The translations under genes and the position numbers were made by a program. A stretch of DNA of 64,000 nt from Eledone cirrhosa (lineage: Eukaryota): NCBI GenBank assembly GCA_964016885.1, contig OZ024759.1, positions 14,756,001 through 14,820,000 on the forward strand, read 5' to 3'. This document shows positions 52,690 through 64,000 of the stretch, piece after piece (within the stretch, counting starts at the first letter, position 1; each line of letters starts with the position of its first letter). Below the pieces are notes generated by a model, which was given only the letters and a program-made list of their open reading frames with translations, searched no databases and was not told the DNA's origin.

Positions 52690-53246
52690 TATTTTGTCGA
52701 TCCTATTAATGATGAATAGCTCCTGTTTATTTTAACATGTCTATTGAGCACTCTTATTCGATATGTGATTTTCCACATTCCCGAATATTTTTCGCGGATA
52801 TAGAGGTTATCTCCCTTGCTGGATTCCATGTGCGTTTTCAGCTAGGGTTGGCTTTTTTATTCGTTTGGACAAAGCTCGTTGATAAAGTATTTCCTGTCCG
52901 CCGCTCTCTAGAAGTCTTATATATTTTTATGTGTGCTGATAGTGGGCGGTTTAAGGATTTACAGAAACCCAAGAAGCTAGATTTACCATCTTTCTAGTGG
53001 GTCCGGGTAAGCTTTTTACATTCATATGATTTATTGATTTATTGATATTTTATCTGAGTGACCCGAATCTTCCTGATCGTAATTTTTCGGTCGTATGGTT
53101 GATTTTAGACATAATCTATGTGTGACGGTATTTTAACGATAGTTATAGCTCTGATTTATCTGAATTATTGAGCCCTCTGCCACTCATGTCGAATTTTGTT
53201 TATCGTGAACTCGTGCGCCGATTTTTCGATACTCGATTATTCTACT
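52690..53246 (-). mobile_element. Unclassified dispersed repeat in (TA)n, relative of 19733-20560
   Basis: Collinear reverse-complement similarity. Confidence 0.7.
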
Positions 53247-53256
53247 ATATATATAC

Positions 53257-53338
<82 letters not shown>

Positions 53339-53376
53339 GTATGTCAATATTTATTTATAAAACTGATCTATATTAT

Positions 53377-53442
53377 ATTTTATCTGATGAAAGCACACCA
53401 TAATTTAACTTGGTGTCCTTGAAATATGTATAATGAAATAAA
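53377..53442 (+). ncRNA. Type I minimal hammerhead ribozyme plus AATAAA
   Basis: ATTTTAT CTGATGA AAG C ACACCA loop TGGTGT C CTT GAAA T ATGT A TA ATGAAAT. Confidence 0.7.
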
Positions 53443-53479
53443 TATGGTTTTATAAATATAGTTTCCATTTGTTAATATC

Positions 53480-53534
<55 letters not shown>

Positions 53535-53628
53535 ATGGCAACATGAATGGACCTGTTATTTTTCTCTAAAATACATTTTTCCGATTTCACCCTGCCCGCC
53601 TCTTCAATCTTTTTAATTTCTCATTCTT

Positions 53629-53664
53629 TCTTCTAATGAAGGACTAGCGTCCAAAACGTTAAGA
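53629..53664 (+). ncRNA. Decayed minimal HHR
   Basis: TCTT CTAATGA A GGAC TAGC GTCC AAAACGTT AAGA; two core G-to-A changes. Confidence 0.4.
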
Positions 53665-54344
53665 TCCTCTTCCTGCTATTTCAAGCTTTAAACCAATACA
53701 TTGCTTTCATATGCTGTAACAATTGTATTATTTCTTTATAACTTTTATATACATCCCCGCCCACATATATATATATATATATATATATACTTTTCATTTT
53801 CATTTATATATATATATATATATATACGCGCGCGCACACACACACACATGTATGTATACATACACACGCAGGCACACACGCTCACAATCGAAACACACGC
53901 GTCAAGGCTTCCAAAAGCATCCATAGATATATGATATATAGAGAAGTAACACAAACATTTACAGATATAGCCACATATCACGAGTCTAAAGTTTTGATGT
54001 ATTAACGAATGACATGAAACAAATCATTTCGTGCTTGGATGTTTGAATATCTATCTGTCTATATATTGGTTTAGATACCTATCTCTCTATCTATTGATCT
54101 ATATATCCAGCTATTTCTCTCTCCCCCTCTCTCTCTATCTATTGATCTATATATCCAACTATTTCTCTCTCTCTCTCGCTCTCTCTACATTTATAAATAC
54201 ATTTATAGAGACACGTACATTTATTTATGATTTAATAAGTGCATATTATACAATTACATAGCTACTTGAAATTTCTCTAAAATACAGCTCAGCAGATAAT
54301 ATGGGTCAAGGTGTATGTTTACACTCTACTATATTATGACAGTA

Positions 54345-54984
54345 TTATTTATTAGTGCGGCGCATTGGCAGTATGGGTGGAGGGTCGGATCAGACGCCAA
54401 GTTTTGCAGAAAAGAGTTATGGTCCTTTATGATCTGAGTTCATATCCCGCCGAGGTTAACTTTGCCTTTCATCATTACGGGGTTGATAAAATAAAGTACC
54501 AGTAATACACTGGAATAATTGGTGACCTTGTGCCAAAAGTAGAAACATTTATTTATTATTAATACAAAAATCAATTATATTTCAATGGCAGTGTTTGAAA
54601 CTTCTAGACGCTGTATCGCAATCTCTTGTGTTTTATATAGTGATGAGTGATTATTGAATGCATACGTAAGTTTGTGTTCCTGTGGTTAGCTTTGTTTGCC
54701 TTAGTTTGGCTTTGTGGTTAGAATATTCGGCGCATGATCGTAAGGTCTTGAGTTTTCTCGCCGACTACGCGTTCTGTCCTTGAACAGACTATTTATTTCA
54801 CATTTCTCATGTCCACTCAGCTGGCAAAAAAAAAAGAAGAGTTCCATCTGTAATTCGAAAGGCCATTCTTGACACATGCTGTGTCCTGCTGAATCTTTCT
54901 GAGAACTACGTTAAGGGTATTTGTGTCTGTGGAATGCTCAGCCACTTGCACGTTTCATGACCAGTATCAATGTGTCAGTGTATG

Positions 54985-55016
<32 letters not shown>

Positions 55017-55130
55017 GAACGATAATTGTCACTGGCAGCATTAAAGTTTGTTTCTCTTTGAAGTCAATTCTTCCGCTCGTCTTTCTAATCAAATATTTCT
55101 TTGTCTTGATCTCGCACGTTCTCACCTTCT
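54345..55130. repeat. Right arm of inverted duplication, includes SINE family 1 at 54356-54553 (+)
   Basis: Same SINE, same flanks and same unique DNA as 49010-50748. Confidence 0.85.
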
Positions 55131-55765
55131 TCCCCTCTCTCTCCCTCTCTTTTTCACTCTCTCTCCATCACTCTTTCACTCCATCACTCTTTCACTCCCT
55201 CTCTCCCTCACTCCTTCCCTATCTCTCTCTCTTTCTTTCTCTTTCCTTCTCTCTTTCCCTCTCTCTTTCCCTTCTCCCCTTCCCTCTCTCCTTCCCTCTC
55301 TCCTTCCGTCTCCTGCTCTTCTCTCCTTCCCTCTCTCTTTCTCTTCACTCTTTCCCTTCACTCTTTCCCTTCACTCTTTCCCTTCACTCTTTCCCTTCAC
55401 TCTTTCCCTTCACTCTTTCCCTTCACTCTTTCCCTTCACTCTTTCCCTTCACTCTTTCCCTTCACTCTTTCCCTCCACTCTTTCCCTTCGCTCTTTCCCT
55501 TCACTCTTTCCCTTCACTCTTTCCCCACACTCTTTCCCCACACTCTTTCCCCACACTCTTTCCCCACACTCTTTCCCCACACTCTTTCCCCACACTCTTT
55601 CACCCACACTCTTTCACCCACACTCTTTCACCCTCACTCTTTCACCCTCACTCTTTCACCCTCACTCTTTCACCCTCACTCTTTCACCCTCACTCTTTCA
55701 CCCTCACTCTTTTCCTTCACTCTTTCCCCCCCTCACTCTTTCCCTTCTCTCTTCCCCCTCACTCG
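55130..55765. repeat. Polypyrimidine tract and 14-bp CTTCACTCTTTCCC minisatellite
   Basis: Direct repeats. Confidence 0.9.
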
Positions 55766-56108
55766 TATTAACTGGAACACTCATCGTCGTAACACACACT
55801 CACACACAGCGTAATAAATGGTACGCCAGCCCCTATTTTGCTATAGATTTTTTACCACACCCTTCCTTCCTTTTACACACACATCCATTCACACAGGCAG
55901 CAGCCATAAAGAGAGAGAGGAGTACTATGAGGTAGTTAAACTACCCCTCTCTCTTTACATGTTGTGATAGAATTGCAGAAATGTATGTACATGTACAGAT
56001 TATTGGTGTGGGTAAGACACAGCACTTATAAATTACTGAAAATAATTAGATATGCTTTGAAAATTGATATTATACTATCATGAATGGAAAATATAAAGTT
56101 AACTCTTA

Positions 56109-57360
56109 TTAACTGACGAACGTGTTAGTGCTCTCTAGTGGGGATGTTCTTATAACTATATTGATATCGTCTACGTAACGAGAGTACATGATGAGGTCTA
56201 TGGAGCTCTCATTAAGGAGATCTTTAAGTCTCCTTTCCCACCATACCATAAAAAGGTTGGCAACATCACCAGCTATGCTGACGCCAATGGCTACTCCCTC
56301 ATTTTGGGTGTAGATCTTCTCGTTGAACTTGAAAATGTGGCCCTTTAGGGTAGTTTTGATACTAGCCCCTATTTCATGTGCGACCATTTTTCTTATCTGA
56401 TCATTATTTTGGGGGGTCCGTATAGCTTTGGTCCACCCAATCCACCTTCCCATGGGAGTCCTTTTAGCCATTAAGGTTATGGTGGGGGGGGGTCTACCTC
56501 TTATGTGTCTACTGGGGCAGAAACGTCTAAGGTCATGGCTGTCTAGGTAGTCAGTGTCGTAGGAAAGTCTAATTAGGAGGCCCAGTTCGTCTGTGTCGAC
56601 GTCGCAGAACTCCACCTCACTCTCAATGATCATCTCCACACGTTTTTACACAGCAAAATCAATGTTAATGGATGGGTACAGTGACACCACATCCATGCTG
56701 TCTATTATGCAGTTGGAGAGGTTCCTGTTTTTGTTGCACTCACTGATTCTGCTGAGGAGGTCCTCTGTACTGTCACATACATCTGGGGACATCTTGATTA
56801 TGGAGCGTATAACCATTGAGGGGAAGTAGGAGATCCTGTAGTTGCTAGCTATATTTGCTCCGCATGCGGGTCTTGTTGGTGGTTCTGTTGTCGGGTCGTC
56901 GACTGTCTTGTGGTCTTTGCGGAGCACATACAAGGGTGGTATGCCATTGTTAGACGCCTGGAAGTTGTTGGCAGTGCGTCTGCTTGGCTTTAAGATGTCG
57001 GTCCATATCATCATGTGAGCGTTGAGGATTTTCTCTCTCCCATCATGTGTTTGCTGTGCAAATTCGCTCGCGTTGGTGATGTGGGGTTGCATAGCCTTGA
57101 TGTAGTTCTGCATGCTATCTATTGACATCCTACCAGACTTATCCGTGGGCAGACATACTACCTCATCATCCCTTGCGCTGCTTGAGGCTAACCAAGCCTT
57201 CTACAGGTTTCCTCCCAAGTTGTTGGGCCTCTGGTCTGCTCTGTCTCTTAGTATACCGGTCTACTATTTGTCTAATTTTATTTATAGCTATGGTGAACTG
57301 TGTCTCTGTCTCGTCATCTATTTGTTGTGGTATGCAAACTCTTTTATTAAAGGGTAACCT
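56109..57360 (-). pseudogene. Penelope-like element reverse transcriptase fragment
   Basis: VVCLPTDKSG, PPLYVLRKDHK..PTRP, SMDVVSLYPSI, QNEGVAIG..ANLFM, YSRYVDDI; one in-frame TAA at 56646-56648 joins the two track ORFs; frameshift near 57175. Confidence 0.85.
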
Positions 57361-57369
57361 CGTAGGATA

Positions 57370-61530
<4,161 letters not shown>

Positions 61531-61987
61531 AAATATATTCGTGCAAAAATTTAACAAAAACAACGAAGCAAACGACACAGTACAACGAAGAAATACATTA
61601 GTTTAACGCTTATATATATATATAACGATATATATATGTATATATATATGTGTGGGTTTATGTATGTAAAGTTCACGTGATTGGAAAGTGACAGTGGAAT
61701 TTGAAAATTGAATTGCGTTAGTATCTTTACTTTATTTTTTTTGGCTACAGAAAATAGTCTGATACTTGAAAGTATAAGCCCCTAGAACGGATAAACCATT
61801 TCCATTTTCCCGTCTAGGTGGTTATGCGGTCTGTTATTACTATTCTATTAGTAGTATAGTAATAAAGTACTTATATGAACACGACTTGTTAGGAGGTTAC
61901 AAGTACAATCAATTAATGGAACAGTAAAAATATATAATACTTTCTAAAAATTCTGTATGTAATAATTGCATGTACACATATACCTGT

Positions 61988-61989
<2 letters not shown>

Positions 61990-62081
<92 letters not shown>

Positions 62082-62150
62082 ACATACACACATACACACA
62101 TACATACATACATATACACGCGTGTGCAGACATACATACATGCATACATA
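61990..62150. repeat. (CA)n microsatellite
   Basis: Direct repeat. Confidence 0.95.
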
Positions 62151-62249
62151 TTTACCTAGTTGATGTCTAAATTCCAGAGAAAGTATTTTGCGTCCATGTT
62201 TGAAACCGACTCCCTCTCTCTCCCTGTTGATAAAACCTTATAAAATAAT

Positions 62250-62436
62250 TGTTTCTACTTTTGGCACCAAGCCAGAAATTACCCAGTGTATTACTGGTAC
62301 ATTATTTTATCGACCGCATAAGAATGAAAGGCAAAGTTAACCTCGGCGGGATTTGAACTCAGAATAGCAAGGGCCGTAACTCTATGCGTCAAAGCATGGC
62401 GTCCGACCCTCTACCGATACTGCCAATCCACCGCCC
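62250..62436 (-). mobile_element. SINE family 1, full-length with 18-bp TSD
   Basis: TSD AAAACCTTATAAAATAAT at 62232-62249 and 62439-62456. Confidence 0.92.
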
Positions 62437-62618
62437 TAAAAACCTTATAAAATAATGAAACCAGAAGATCTCTCTCTTTCTCTCACTCACTCACTCACAT
62501 CACACTCACACTCACTCATACTCACACTCACTCATACTCACACTCACACTCACTCACACTCATATTCACACTCACTCACACTCACTCACTCACACAAACA
62601 CACACAGACACACATGTA

Positions 62619-62862
62619 CTAGCAAAAAGCTCGTTGTTGCCGGGCAAACCTTTCACCAATGTAATTAAAGATACCCTCACTCCTCAACATGGCCGTCTTT
62701 AAATAGCCCCAGATCTCTGCTATTTTAGGGGAGAGAAAGATTTAAACTATATGTTGACATGTTCCAATTTGAACAAAATCGGATGGAAACTGTAGAAATC
62801 CATCGCCTGCATTCAGACAAACAGACAGACAGATTCTTTTCGTTTTCATATATATAAATATA
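62619..62862 (-). mobile_element. Non-autonomous Helitron-like element (Lep1-type layout)
   Basis: Minus strand ends with a GC hairpin then CTAG; internal CAAAATCGG motif, (GACA)n, TA-rich opposite end. Confidence 0.55.
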
Positions 62863-63169
62863 TAAAACATTTAATTATTTCCGCCTGGTAACTATTAATG
62901 TACTGTGAAAATTATCCATGCACATTTATGAAGAATATATATTTCTACTGATAAATATATCATTGAGATAAAATCATTGAGATAAAGATACTTAGCGAAT
63001 ATAATTCTACTTATTAAGCATTGAGAATCTTCTTACGACTAACGTTTTCGCTTGTTTTGCCTATATTATTTACGCTTCTACGTAAAATATTTTCCAGTTA
63101 CTAGCGTTCTTGATACAAACGTTATTCTTGACAATACTGTTTGAAGCTTATCGACTTCGATTCGTGCAG

Positions 63170-63474
63170 GTTTTAATATGTTGAATGTCGAAACCACTGC
63201 GCTGGTGTATTATAAAATTTAATTCAATTTTAATCGGAGATCACAGCTGTTAGAATGTCTCAAGAATTAATCGCTGTACAGATTTTACGAGCTAAAAAAA
63301 CAGCTGGAGACCCAGAGCAAGATGGTTAGATAAGATCTATGAACTTGACTGGTCTCGCTTGGAGATCCAGCTGGATCAGTTGGAGACGGTTACTTCTGAC
63401 AGAACCCGTTGGAATGAATGTTTGAGGACTCTGCCCCCAGGACTCTCTCAGGAATAAGTGGGCAAAGAAGAAGT
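63170..63474 (+). mobile_element. RTE-like LINE 3' end
   Basis: RPRARWLDKIYELDWSRLEIQLDQLETVTSDRTRWNECLRTLPPGLSQE* then short GAA tail. Confidence 0.75.
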
Positions 63475-63973
63475 ATATTTTTGCATCTCAAATATTTCAA
63501 TAATTATGTATCATATTTTAAGTGTATTTGGTAGTGTAGGTGATAGTACAATTATTTCTTTAAATAGTTGTGTTCACTGATTATGCTTACATATATTCAT
63601 ATAGTTGTGTTGAGTCGTATCACATAAACACCCCAATTACTGGTACATGTGTACATACACACACACACAAATATATGCATACATACATATATATTGATAT
63701 CATAAGGATATATATTTGTGTGTATATATATGTGTGTATATATATATATATATATAATTTTATCTTTATCTATATTAGAAATACGAAATTCCAATACATG
63801 CCTGCATGCAGCCATGCCTGAAGCTAAATTCTAATTCTATTGTATTATAAGTTGAGCCAGCCTATGCAACTTCATATGCAAATGAGATTAATCACCTCAT
63901 TTACACAGACGAGAAAAACCCTATATTCTCCCTGTTTTCAAGTCCAGCAGTCGCAAGAGTGGGAGGGATCGTC

Positions 63974-64000
63974 CTGATGAGAACCAGTTCAGTTTGAAAT
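63974..64000 (+). ncRNA. Probable HHR cut by window edge
   Basis: CTGATGA GAAC CAGTTCA GTTT GAAAT. Confidence 0.5.

Overview
Eukaryotic, repeat-saturated, apparently intronic or intergenic DNA. The repeat inventory resembles what I recall from octopus/cephalopod genomes (inference only). More than half the window is TA/TG/CA microsatellite-derived array, which explains nearly all the long 'ORFs' in the track. No intact host gene could be supported. Recognisable mobile DNA: about 12 copies of one tRNA-type SINE, copies of a second CORE-like SINE group, a 5'-truncated frameshifted L1/Tx1-type LINE (35.5-38.2 kb, minus), two RTE-like 3' ends, a non-autonomous Helitron-like element, and a disrupted Penelope-like (PLE) reverse transcriptase (56.1-57.3 kb, minus). 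The most striking signal lies in the short 'unique' islands between (TA)n tracts. They repeatedly carry type I hammerhead-ribozyme (HHR) motifs: about 6 with intact cores, plus degenerate or truncated ones. Several sit inside 100-140 bp fold-back palindromes whose axis lies at a ribozyme helix, and unrelated families share an ACCA-N11/12-GTACTC head motif. This suggests a guild of small non-autonomous, TA-microsatellite-associated ribozyme retroelements mobilised by PLE-type RTs. Other points: a SINE insertion that captured 52 bp of nearby DNA, and an old inverted duplication (49-50.7 kb vs 54.3-55.1 kb).
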